Source: Dehalococcoidia bacterium (lineage in GTDB: Bacteria > Chloroflexota > Dehalococcoidia > Plut-88900). Taken from it: 64,000 nucleotides of DNA. Position 1 is the stretch's first letter; each line of letters starts with the position of its first letter. Shown here piece after piece: positions 28,946-37,961 of the stretch. The position numbers were made by a program, and so were the translations under genes. The stretch is taken from assembly GCA_963668115.1 (NCBI GenBank), contig OY764147.1:456345-520344 (forward strand). The letters are read 5' to 3'. A model generated the notes under the pieces. It was not told the origin of the DNA, did no database searches, and saw only the letters and a program-made list of their open reading frames with translations.

Positions 28946-30055
28946 CTAGTTGCTTGAACCCTTGAACCCGAGGCGTTGAAGGACTTCACGCAGGGTGTCG
29001 ATTACTACGTCGATGTCGTCCTCTGTGACGTGGCCGAGGTGGCCGATGCGGAAGACCTTGCCTGCAAGGGGCCCCGGGCCTCCGGCGAGGACAACTCCGT
29101 ATTCTTCGCGGCAGATCTTGAGGAGTTGGGCCAGGTCTACACCATCGGGGGCGTTGATTGCGGTGACGGTGTTGGAGGCGAACTCTTCCTCAGCGAGTAG
29201 GGAGAGGCCGAGGGAGCGAGCGCCGTCCCTGGCGCGTCGGGCGACGGAGGCGTGGCGTTCGAAGACGTTGGCGAGGCCCTCCCGGGCGATGGCCTCGAGG
29301 CCGACGTCCAGGGCGTAGAAGGTGGAAACGGCTGGGGTCCAGGGGGTCTGGCCTCGCTCAAAGTAAGACTGGAGCTGGCCGAAGTCCCAGTGGAACCGGG
29401 GCATGGTTGAGGACTTCCATGCGTCCCAGGCACGCTGGCTGACGCTGATCATGGAGAGGCCGGGCGGGGACATCCATCCCTTCTGGGAGGCGGTGGAAAC
29501 TACGTCGCATTCCCAGGCGTCGACGGGGAGGTCAATGGAGCCGATGCTGCTAATGGCGTCTACCAGGAGGAGCCTATCGTGGGAGCGGGTGATATCGGCG
29601 ATGGAGCGGAGAGGGTTTGTCACGCCGGTGGAAGTCTCGTTATGGGTTACCAGGACGGCTTTAATAGAAGGGTCGTCGGCAAGGTGTTTGTCCACGTCAT
29701 CCGGGTTGATGGCCTTGCCGTAGGGGGCTTCCAGCTTTACTACGTCCGCGCCGAAGGCGTCGGCGATCTGGCAGTAGCGCTGTCCGAAAGAGCCGATGGT
29801 GAGGGCCAGGACTCGGTCTCCGGGTGAGAGGGTGTTTACCACGGATGCTTCCATAGCCCCGGTGCCGGAGCTTGTCATAACGTACAGGTCGTTCTCGGTC
29901 TGGAAGAACTCCTTGAGGCGGACGGTGACGCGCTCCAGGATGTCCTTGAATGCCGGGCCGCGGTGGTTGATCATCTGCGCGGTCATGGCGTCCAGGACTT
30001 CGTCGGGGACGGGGGTGGGGCCGGGTATACGGAGGTGGATTTTCTTGTCAGACAT
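28946..30055 (-). CDS. Class-V aminotransferase (serine-pyruvate/alanine-glyoxylate type)
   Basis: 369-aa PLP fold-type I, AGT-like (…SSGTGAMEA…SQKGWMSPPG…). Confidence 0.8.
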   Translation of the reverse strand: MSDKKIHLRIPGPTPVPDEVLDAMTAQMINHRGPAFKDILERVTVRLKEFFQTENDLYVMTSSGTGAMEASVVNTLSPGDRVLALTIGSFGQRYCQIADAFGADVVKLEAPYGKAINPDDVDKHLADDPSIKAVLVTHNETSTGVTNPLRSIADITRSHDRLLLVDAISSIGSIDLPVDAWECDVVSTASQKGWMSPPGLSMISVSQRAWDAWKSSTMPRFHWDFGQLQSYFERGQTPWTPAVSTFYALDVGLEAIAREGLANVFERHASVARRARDGARSLGLSLLAEEEFASNTVTAINAPDGVDLAQLLKICREEYGVVLAGGPGPLAGKVFRIGHLGHVTEDDIDVVIDTLREVLQRLGFKGSSN

Positions 30056-30105
30056 GGTTTGTGCTCAAATAGATTTTAGCTGATAAAGGGAAGAGGAAAA
30101 GGGCG

Positions 30106-31314
30106 TTATTTGTCCACAAAGACAAGAGTGCGGCGCTTGCCGACTTTCATGCGGGCGCCGGGCACGAGCCTGGACCGGTCAACGGCGTATTCGGAGAGTT
30201 TAGTGCCTTCCAGTTCGACGCCGCCGCCGTCTATGAGGCGTCGGGCTTCGCCGGAGGAAGAAGAGGCCTTGAATTCGACGAGGAGCCTGGGGATGAAGGT
30301 GGTGTCTTCGGCGTTGAGGGAAGCCAGGGGAATCTCGGTGACGATATCGTCGGCTTCTTTGCGCTGGACGATGCGCTCGAACTCGGTCTCGGCGGCGGAG
30401 GCGGCCTGGGGGGAGTGGAACTGAGCGACGATCTCCCGGGCGAGGCGTTTTTTGAGTTCAAGGGGGTTTATGGTGCGGGAGGCGAGGGCCTGGGTCATTT
30501 CGGAGATGTCGGGGTCGGGGAGGTTGGTGACGAGTTCGAGGTAGTTGGGGATCAGGTCGTCGTTGAGGCGCATGACCTTGAAGTAGGTGTCCTTCGGGGG
30601 TTCGGCGACGCCGATGTAGTTGTCGAGGCTCTTGCTCATGCGCTGGACGCCGTCGGTGCCGACGAGGATGGGAACGAGGAGACATTGCTGGGGCTTCTGG
30701 CCCACCATGCCCTGGAGCTCGCGCCCGAGGAGCAGGTTGAACTTCTGGTCGGTGCCGCCGAACTCTACGTCTGCTTCGATCACTGTCGAGTCGTAGGCCT
30801 GGAGGAGGGGGTAGAGAAGCTCGGTGATGGCGATGGGCCGGTTGGCCTTGAAGCGGTTGGAGAAGTCCTCCCGGGCAAGGATCTGGGCGACGGTGAAGCG
30901 GCTGGTGAGGGATATGACCTCGGTGAGGGTGAAATTGCCGAACCAGTCGCTCTGCCATCGGACCTCGGTGCGGTCCTTGTCGACGACTTTGAAGAACTGC
31001 TCCATGTAGGTGCGGGCGTTCTCCTGGACCTGCTCGGCGGAGAGCATCTGCCGGGTGGCGGACTGGCCGCTGGGGTCGCCGATCTGGGCGGTCCAGTCGC
31101 CGACGATGAGGATGACCCGGTGACCGAGCTCCTGGAACTGGCGCAGCTTTCGCAGGCCCACGGTGTGTCCGAGGTGGATGTCGGCGCGGGAGGGGTCGAA
31201 GCCCATCTTGAGGCGGAGGGGCCGGCCAGAATCCAGAAGGTCTTCGAGCTCCTGCTGCCGGATGACCTCGGCGACGCCGCGGGTGAAAAGGTGAGCGTAT
31301 TTTTGATTGGTCAT
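30106..31314 (-). CDS. tyrS: Tyrosine--tRNA ligase
   Basis: HLGH and KMSKS motifs plus a C-terminal S4-like domain. 402 aa. Confidence 0.95.
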   Translation of the reverse strand: MTNQKYAHLFTRGVAEVIRQQELEDLLDSGRPLRLKMGFDPSRADIHLGHTVGLRKLRQFQELGHRVILIVGDWTAQIGDPSGQSATRQMLSAEQVQENARTYMEQFFKVVDKDRTEVRWQSDWFGNFTLTEVISLTSRFTVAQILAREDFSNRFKANRPIAITELLYPLLQAYDSTVIEADVEFGGTDQKFNLLLGRELQGMVGQKPQQCLLVPILVGTDGVQRMSKSLDNYIGVAEPPKDTYFKVMRLNDDLIPNYLELVTNLPDPDISEMTQALASRTINPLELKKRLAREIVAQFHSPQAASAAETEFERIVQRKEADDIVTEIPLASLNAEDTTFIPRLLVEFKASSSSGEARRLIDGGGVELEGTKLSEYAVDRSRLVPGARMKVGKRRTLVFVDK

Positions 31315-32237
31315 CGGCTGGGGCTCGCGGCGAGGACTTTGCGGGCTACTTTCACATCGTTGGTCATCTGCTCTATCAGCTCCGGGACGCCGGAAAAGCG
31401 CATATCGCTGCGGACTAAGGCGAGGAAGTCTACGGTGAGGTGCCGGCCGTAGATGTCTTCGTCGAAGTCGAAGATGAAGACCTCCGTGGCGCGGGTCTCG
31501 CCTTCGAAAGTGGGTTTACTTCCTACGTAGGTTATGGAGTCGAGGCACCGGTTGTCCAGAAGGGCGCGGGTGGCGTAGATGCCGTCGGCGAGGAGGGCGC
31601 GGTCGGGTGGGACTTCGATGTTGGCGGTGGGGAAGCCGAGGAGGCGGCCACGCTTGTCACCTACGATGACGGGCCCCGATAGGCGGAAGGGCCGGGACAT
31701 GAGTTGCATTGCAAGCTCGACGTTGCCGGTGGAGAGGGCTTCGCGGATGGCGGTGCTGCTGACGGTGAGGTCGCCTTCGCGGATTACGTCCTGGCAGACG
31801 ACTTCGTAGCCGTATTCGGTTCCGAGTCGAGTCAGGGTGGGCACGTCTCCCTCGCGGCCTTTGCCGAGGGCGAAGTCCTGGCCGCAGACGAGGGCTTTCA
31901 TGTTCAGCTTCGAGGAGAGATGTTGGACGAACTCCGAGGCGCTGAGTTGGGACACTTCACGGGTGAAGTTTATGGCTACGACGTGGTCGATGCCGACGGC
32001 CTTGATGGCTTCGAGGCGGGAGTCCAGGTCCATGAGGTAGCGGGGCCGGAAGGCCGGGGCGAGGACGGTGAGGGGGTGATTGCGGAAGGTGACGACGGCG
32101 GAGTCCAGGCCGCGACGGTTGGCTTCTTCGATGGTGCGCCGGAAGAGGGTGCGGTGGCCGAGGTGGACGCCGTCGAACACGCCGATGGCTACGGCGGTGC
32201 GGGTGTCGGGCGGGGGGCCGGCGAGCTCTTCCAGCAA
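31311..32237 (-). CDS. ribF: Bifunctional riboflavin kinase/FAD synthetase
   Basis: N-terminal GVFDGVHLGH FAD-synthetase motif and C-terminal riboflavin kinase (…GFPTANI…). Overlaps the tyrS start by 4 nt. Confidence 0.9.
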   Translation of the reverse strand: MLEELAGPPPDTRTAVAIGVFDGVHLGHRTLFRRTIEEANRRGLDSAVVTFRNHPLTVLAPAFRPRYLMDLDSRLEAIKAVGIDHVVAINFTREVSQLSASEFVQHLSSKLNMKALVCGQDFALGKGREGDVPTLTRLGTEYGYEVVCQDVIREGDLTVSSTAIREALSTGNVELAMQLMSRPFRLSGPVIVGDKRGRLLGFPTANIEVPPDRALLADGIYATRALLDNRCLDSITYVGSKPTFEGETRATEVFIFDFDEDIYGRHLTVDFLALVRSDMRFSGVPELIEQMTNDVKVARKVLAASPSR

Positions 32238-33008
32238 GGGGTGGACCTATATCCGAGTGCGACCCCTACCAGGCGATAGGGGTCACCGGTGGGGATGGTA
32301 GCACAGGGAGTGGGACAAGTCTACCAGGGGGGCCGGTTCGGGTGGGTCGGCGACCCGGCGGGTTATCCGGTCCTCCTGGGGGCGGCTATTCGGTTGTGGG
32401 GTTTCGTTTTCGGGTTTTCTGTTTTGGAGGGGTCGGCGATGGGAGACGCCCAGTGGGACAAGGCCCCTGTTCCTGTCGGAGCAGTTTTTCGGGCGCCCAG
32501 GGTCGGGCGCAGGTTCAAGCGCCTGCCACGGGGCCCGGAGTGTCAATGGCTATGACAGCCAAGGCGCTCCCAGGGTGAGGGGAAAAGGGACAAAACGTGA
32601 TGTTATGGAACAGGACGGGACAAAGATGGGATCCAGGGCGTCTATCCATCGCCTAGATGGTCAGGGAAGGGCCACGGGCGCCCCGATGGTGAGGGGACAA
32701 CGTCCCTGTCCGCCTGAGGCGGATGTACCAGCTTGTGCCTAGGGCCTGCGCGTGGGCCTTTGGGATGGGCTGGGGCGTTGAGTCCTCGGGGTCGGGTCTC
32801 GGGGACTTCCCTGGGTTTCTGGTTCCTCCTTGTGTTACTGAATTAGTGTTCGCGAACGCAGGGTATGATAACGCCTTTGCTCAGGTGTGTCAAGCAAATG
32901 TACGTGTATTGGGGGATACGCGAGGGGTTGGCCGGCGTGGGCCGCCCCCCGCCCCAGGGTACCCACGAGGGGCACCCCTACGGGGGAGGGGACACCCCAC
33001 CGCGCCCC

Positions 33009-33095
33009 GCGGGATGGATTTACGCCAATGGCGCATCTTCGACCCGATCGGGGCCGGAATGACGGCAAGGGATGGGTGGGGATGATGGGGGGGTG
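33009..33095. repeat. Intergenic repeat copy R3 (module A with internal palindromic insertion plus module B GGGGATGATGGGGGGG)
   Basis: GGGATGGATT…CGGGGCCGGAATGACGG…GGGGATGATGGGGGGG. Direct orientation relative to R4. Contains CGCCAATGGCG palindrome. Confidence 0.55.
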
Positions 33096-33236
33096 TCTGA
33101 ACTGTGATGCATGGGATTGAGGGATTGGTTTGATTTGTTGGGAGTGGTGGGGGTGGGTTGACGGTTAATCTAAACTTGGCGGTACGCCGGAGGTGCATCA
33201 AGGACATTTACGACCCTCCAAAGGCGGGTCTTTGAC

Positions 33237-34697
33237 ATGGCTGAAGCGAATTTTGTGGACAAGACGATCTGGACGGGGGACAACCTCGATATTTTGAGGG
33301 GGTTGAACTCCGATTGCGTGGACATGATATATCTCGATCCGCCGTTCAATTCCAACCGGAACTACGCTGCTCCGGTCGGGTCACGGGCGGCGGGGGCGGC
33401 GTTCAAGGATACGTGGACGCTGTCCGACCTGGACACGGCATGGATGGGGTTGATTGCGGACGAACAGCCGGCGATGTACAAGGTGATAGAGACGGCGGGG
33501 CTGACGCACGGAAAGGGGATGCAGTCTTACCTGTGCATGATGGCGGTGCGGCTGGTTGAGATGCGGCGGGTGCTGAGGGACACAGGGTCAATATATCTGC
33601 ACTGTGACCCGACGGCATCGCACTATCTGAAGATGCTGATGGACTCGATATTTGGAGCGGGACTATTCAAGGCAGAGATCAATTGGCAAAGGACATCCGC
33701 TCATAGTGACTCGCGCACCTTTGGTAATGTGAGTGACAAGCTTTTGTTTTACAGTGCGACCTCCATAAATGCAGATGCAATTCGTACTCCCTTAAATCCT
33801 GATTACGTAAAAAGTCACTACCGATATACCGATAAACGTGGGCGCTATCAAGACGATAATTTGACTGGCCCTAGCCACGGGTCTCCACCTGGCAGTCCTG
33901 GTACACAACCTTGGCGTGAGTACGATCCGACTTCTATCAACCGCATTTGGTCGGTTCCAAAAACAGGAAGATACGCCACCTGGATTGACCACAACATCAT
34001 TCCGGGATATCTGAAAATGGAGAGCATATTTGATCGCTTAGATGCTTTGGAGCAAGCCGACATGCTCATCCATACTGAAAGAGGTCTCGTACCACGACTT
34101 AAACGGTATTCGCAGGCTAGTCTTGGTCAAGTTCCTAGCAACAACTGGACTGACATTTCCCCAATCAACTCCCAAGCTAAAGAGCGCACAGGCTATCCCA
34201 CCCAAAAGCCCCTTGCCCTGTTAGAGCGGATTATCTCGGCGTCTTCCAATCCGAGCGATGTGGTGCTGGACCCGTTTTGCGGGTGCGCAACAGCCTGTGT
34301 GGCGGCGGAGAAACTGGGAAGGAAATGGGTGGGGATAGACATTTCGCCAAAGGCCGTCGAATTGGTGAATATGCGGTTGCGGAAGTTCATGGGGGACTTG
34401 TTCCACGAACGGTTGGTGACGGCCCGGACAGACATACCGCGTCGGACGGACATATTGGTCCCGATTCCGTATCGGAAGCAGAAGCACGTACTGTTTGGTC
34501 GGCAGGAGGGGAGGTGTGCGGGGTGCAAGTATGAGTTCCCGTTCAGGATTTTAGAGGTGGACCACGTGATACCGAGGAGTAGGGGAGGGTCGGACCACCT
34601 GGACAATTTGCAACTGCTGTGTCCTAACTGCAATCGGATCAAAGGTGATAGGGAGATGTCGTACCTGATGGCTCGGTTGAAGGAGAGGGTGGGGTAG
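33237..34697 (+). CDS. Beta-class N6-adenine/N4-cytosine DNA methyltransferase fused to a C-terminal HNH endonuclease domain
   Basis: Motif IV DPPF near the N-terminus, motif I (VLDPFCGCATACVAAEKLG) near residue 370, then CxxC…HVIPRSRGGSDHLDNLQLLCPNCN HNH. The central part (~33650-34200) is markedly AT-richer. Confidence 0.85.
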   Translation: MAEANFVDKTIWTGDNLDILRGLNSDCVDMIYLDPPFNSNRNYAAPVGSRAAGAAFKDTWTLSDLDTAWMGLIADEQPAMYKVIETAGLTHGKGMQSYLCMMAVRLVEMRRVLRDTGSIYLHCDPTASHYLKMLMDSIFGAGLFKAEINWQRTSAHSDSRTFGNVSDKLLFYSATSINADAIRTPLNPDYVKSHYRYTDKRGRYQDDNLTGPSHGSPPGSPGTQPWREYDPTSINRIWSVPKTGRYATWIDHNIIPGYLKMESIFDRLDALEQADMLIHTERGLVPRLKRYSQASLGQVPSNNWTDISPINSQAKERTGYPTQKPLALLERIISASSNPSDVVLDPFCGCATACVAAEKLGRKWVGIDISPKAVELVNMRLRKFMGDLFHERLVTARTDIPRRTDILVPIPYRKQKHVLFGRQEGRCAGCKYEFPFRILEVDHVIPRSRGGSDHLDNLQLLCPNCNRIKGDREMSYLMARLKERVG

Positions 34698-34707
34698 GGG
34701 GAGGAGG

Positions 34708-35715
34708 TTACGAGCCTGGACCTTCACCTATACGGGCGATAATCCTGTTCTTCAATTCACTACGCAGGTCCTCTGGGGTATCCCAAACGATGTGTGCATA
34801 TTGGCGTGTGTCAAAGTGTAGCTTGTCTATCATGTCATTGCGGCAAGTGTATATGACTGGAATGCCTAGACCATGAGCAAAACCCGCCTCAAAATAAACT
34901 CCACCTCTAGCACCGCCTTCCCCGTGGGTAAAGTCAGCAACCAAAAATCGGGAGCGTCGAATTTCAGCAATTATTTCATCATCAATCTTGTCTATGTCCG
35001 GCTTCTGGTCAATTCTAAGTGGATTATATCCTGCGTCCTTAATGGCTAGTCTGACACCATTGTCAAATGCCTCGTCCATACTGTCATCAAGCCACATGGC
35101 AACAAAGGCTTGAGCAGAATCCAGATTTATCTTTTGCTCTGCAATGCGGCGGTACCCGGATACCGTGAGCCCGCCATGGAACAACCCATTCACAAGCCTC
35201 TGTCCCCGTATCCATCTCATCTCCTCCAAATAGTCGAGCAAATATACGACCTCACCCCATTCAACCGATTCTGACCACGCAAACGCTCCATAGGATTCCT
35301 GCTGAATCTCTACAACAGTTGCTATTGTTGTTGCGTGTCTTTCGATGAATCGAAGGAGTCTATCGGCACGTTGCTCAACTGGTATGGGAGGCTCCTTTCT
35401 AGCTTGTTCTACGAGCTGCGTATCGACAAGTGGCCATCTTACTCCTTGTTCTAGTTGATCAAGAATGATAGTAGTTATCTTCGCTCTTAGTTTCCCGTTA
35501 ACGGTACTGCCTTTGAGATCAAATTCTGCCCCAACAGCAACTGCGTAAGGCCCTCCAACGCGAGGGGAGTCCTCGATAAGTGTCCGACGTCTCCGGAAGT
35601 CGTATGAAACTGTGGCTTGAAAGTCTGGCCATATCTGACATTGGTCTTGCGGCACTTTAAACCTCGTTATTGCTTCTCTCAGAAATCTTGAGCTATCTGC
35701 AGCTTGACCTTTCAA
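34708..35715 (-). CDS. Two-domain protein: unknown N-terminal domain plus C-terminal nucleoside 2-deoxyribosyltransferase/TIR-like (flavodoxin-fold) domain; candidate defence effector
   Basis: The C-terminal ~130 aa (AFVAMWLDD…FLVADFT…GVYFEAGFAHGLGIPVIY) resembles the NDT/TIR-like catalytic-Glu motif. Low GC. Convergent with the MTase-HNH gene. TTG start. Confidence 0.45.
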   Translation of the reverse strand: MKGQAADSSRFLREAITRFKVPQDQCQIWPDFQATVSYDFRRRRTLIEDSPRVGGPYAVAVGAEFDLKGSTVNGKLRAKITTIILDQLEQGVRWPLVDTQLVEQARKEPPIPVEQRADRLLRFIERHATTIATVVEIQQESYGAFAWSESVEWGEVVYLLDYLEEMRWIRGQRLVNGLFHGGLTVSGYRRIAEQKINLDSAQAFVAMWLDDSMDEAFDNGVRLAIKDAGYNPLRIDQKPDIDKIDDEIIAEIRRSRFLVADFTHGEGGARGGVYFEAGFAHGLGIPVIYTCRNDMIDKLHFDTRQYAHIVWDTPEDLRSELKNRIIARIGEGPGS

Positions 35716-35803
35716 ATGGTCACAACCTACATTAGTAAATTATATCCTCGAACTCTTGAGAACCTAAGCGTGGTTACATGTGGGCCAGCCCCGCCCCGTC
35801 ACC

Positions 35804-35880
35804 GGGGATGGATTCCCGACTACTCGGGAATGACGGAGTAACGGGAGTGGGGATGATGGGGGTGGGGGGTGGGGGGAGGT
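35804..35880. repeat. Intergenic repeat copy R4 (module A GGGGATGGATTCCCGACTACTCGGGAATGACGG plus module B GGGGATGATGGGGGTGG)
   Basis: Perfect stem ATTCCCGA/TCGGGAAT. Same orientation as R3, so together they bracket the low-GC cassette. Confidence 0.6.
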
Positions 35881-36039
35881 TGTTGGGGTAGGGGTGAGGG
35901 TTATTCTACGGTGTGTATGTTAGGATACGCGCAGGTTTGAGCCATAGCGGAGGCCAGAGATTACTACGACAACGCAGGCGGTGATTTCGGGGGAGGCGGG
36001 TGAGCCGACCCGGCGGGCTATCTGAAAACCCTCCAACAA

Positions 36040-36330
36040 GTGCACTCTCAGTTGGCCGAGGGTGAATTCGTCTTTTCTCGCCACGCCCTAATCCGAATGG
36101 CTGACAGGAACATTTCTGATCTGGAGATCAGGCAGGCCGGAAGACAGGCCACCGTTATAGAAGAGTATCCTGCCGACAAATACTCGCCAAGCTGTCTTCT
36201 CCTAGGGTTCACTGATGCCGGCAGACCGCTTCATATTCAAGTTTCTCTGGCCGATACAAAGAACGTGAGAATAGTTACACTCTATGAACCAAACCCCGAA
36301 GAATGGGTTGGGCTTTCCATGAGGAGGTAA
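36040..36330 (+). CDS. DUF4258-family putative toxin
   Basis: 96-aa ORF (…FSRHALIRMADRNIS…) of the DUF4258 type. Immediately followed by a zinc-ribbon antitoxin-like gene. Confidence 0.5.
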   Translation: MHSQLAEGEFVFSRHALIRMADRNISDLEIRQAGRQATVIEEYPADKYSPSCLLLGFTDAGRPLHIQVSLADTKNVRIVTLYEPNPEEWVGLSMRR

Positions 36331-36332
36331 AG

Positions 36333-36575
36333 ATGTCCGAATGCTCTGTGTGCAACGCCCGGGAAATCCGCGAAGAGCCGGTTGATGAGGTGTTCCACGT
36401 CGATGGGCGGTGGGTGTTGGTCGGGGGGATTCCGGCTTTGGTGTGCGGCAGGTGTGGGGAACAGTCATTCAGCCGGGAGGCCGCGGAGAAAGTCCGGCTG
36501 ATGGTGCACGGGGAAGCCAAGGCGACAACATCGGTTTCGATGCAGGTGTACGATTTTGCATCATCAGCGTCGTGA
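36333..36575 (+). CDS. YgiT/MqsA-type zinc-ribbon protein (putative antitoxin)
   Basis: MSECSVCNAREIREE…LVCGRCGEQSFS has the CxxC…CxxC YgiT-type zinc finger. ATG 36333 after GAGGAGG. Overlaps the toxin stop. Confidence 0.55.
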   Translation: MSECSVCNAREIREEPVDEVFHVDGRWVLVGGIPALVCGRCGEQSFSREAAEKVRLMVHGEAKATTSVSMQVYDFASSAS

Positions 36576-36632
36576 CGCGTATGGCGCCGAATGGCACAAC
36601 AGCACACTTCGAGAATTGAGGGGAGTAGAAGT

Positions 36633-37961
36633 ATGTCGCAGTTGAGGGTTGTACATTACCTGAACCAGTTTTTTGCGGGGATCGGCGGGGAGGATAAGGC
36701 GGATACGGCCCCGGGGTCGGAGGGCCGACCGCTGGGGCCGGGGAATGCCCTTAATCAGGCGCTGACTTCTTCGGAGGAAGGGGAGGTGGTGGCGACGGTG
36801 TATTGCGGGGACACGTATTTCACCGAGAACCAGGAGGAAGCGCTGGGCCGGATCGTGGAGCTGGTGCGGGAGTCGGGGGCGGAGGTGCTGGTGGCGGGGC
36901 CGGCGTTTGGGTCGGGTCGGTACGGGCTGGCGTGCGCGCAGGTGTGCCAGAGGGTCGGGTCTGCGCTGGGGATTCCGGTTGTTACGGGGATGCACCCTGC
37001 AAACCCGGGGGCGGAGCAGTACAGGGGACAGGTGTACATGGCTTCGACTTCGGATACGGCAGTGGGGATGGGGGCGGCGATCGAGGTGATGGCTAAGCTG
37101 GCAGTGAAGCTGGGTCGGGGGGAGGAGCTGGGGCCTGCGGACGAGGACGGGTATATTCCGACGGGTCGGGTGAAGACGCAGGTACACGAGAAGACGATGG
37201 CGCAGAGGCTTGTCGACATGGTGCTGAAGAAGGTGAACGGAGAGCCCTTCGAGACGGAATGGCCGCTGCCTTCGATGGAGAAGATAGAACCGGCACCGGC
37301 GATAGGGTCGGTGGCCGGGGCGAGGATAGCGCTGGTGACGGAGGGGGGAGTGGTGCCTCGGGGGAACCCGGACAAGATCCCGAGCGGTTGGGCGAAGCAC
37401 TGGGCGCGTTATGACATCGGCGAGGTGTCGGACTTCACCCCCGATAAGTGGCAATCCGTACACGGCGGCTTCGACACCACCAAGCTGAATGAAGATCCCG
37501 ACAGGGTCCTTCCCCTCGATGTGATGCGGGAACTGGAGGAGGAGAAGGCCATAGGCAAGATCCACGAGTACATGTATTCCACCGTAGGGAATATTGGCTA
37601 CGTGGCGGACATGAAGCGGTTCGGAGAGGACATAGCGGCGGAACTGCAGGCGGCGGGGGTGCAGGGGGTGATCCTGACGGGGACCTGAGGCACGGGCACG
37701 CGTAGCGGGGCTACGCTGGCGAAGGAGCTGGAGAGGGCAGGGCTGCCGACGGCATTTATCACGGCGATGGTGCCACTGGCGCAGAGCATCGGGGCGAACC
37801 GGATTGTGCAGGGGAAAGCGGTGACGACGACGACGGGTGATCCTGCGCTGCCGCCGGATGAGGAGAAGGCCTTCAGGCGTCGGCTGGTGGAACGGGCGCT
37901 AAAGTCGCTGGAGTCGACACCCGAGGGGCAGGAGGTGGTGTGGGGGGAGGACCGGGGCTAG
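36633..37961 (+). CDS. GrdB-family (glycine/sarcosine/betaine reductase protein B-like) selenoprotein with in-frame UGA (Sec) at 37686-37688
   Basis: N-terminus MSQLRVVHYLNQFFAGIGGEDKAD. The ORF track splits it at TGA (..VILTGT*GTGTRSGATLAKELE..). The downstream frame continues with GLPTAFITAMVPLAQSIGANRIV…GDPALPPDEEKAFRRRLVERAL, typical of the GrdB C-terminus. A hairpin GCGTAGC-ggg-GCTACGC lies 11 nt after the UGA. Confidence 0.6.

Noticed and set aside
32330-36025. ~25-bp imperfect direct repeat (GGGTG..CGACCCGGCGGGYTATC) at 32345-32372 and 35995-36021 flanking the whole accessory segment
   Set aside because: Only 17 of 18 core matches in GC-rich DNA. Several such matches are expected by chance in 64 kb. 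Not reported as att sites.
36564-37565. 333-aa minus-strand ORF
   Set aside because: Antisense to the GrdB-like gene. Extremely Arg/Pro/His-rich.
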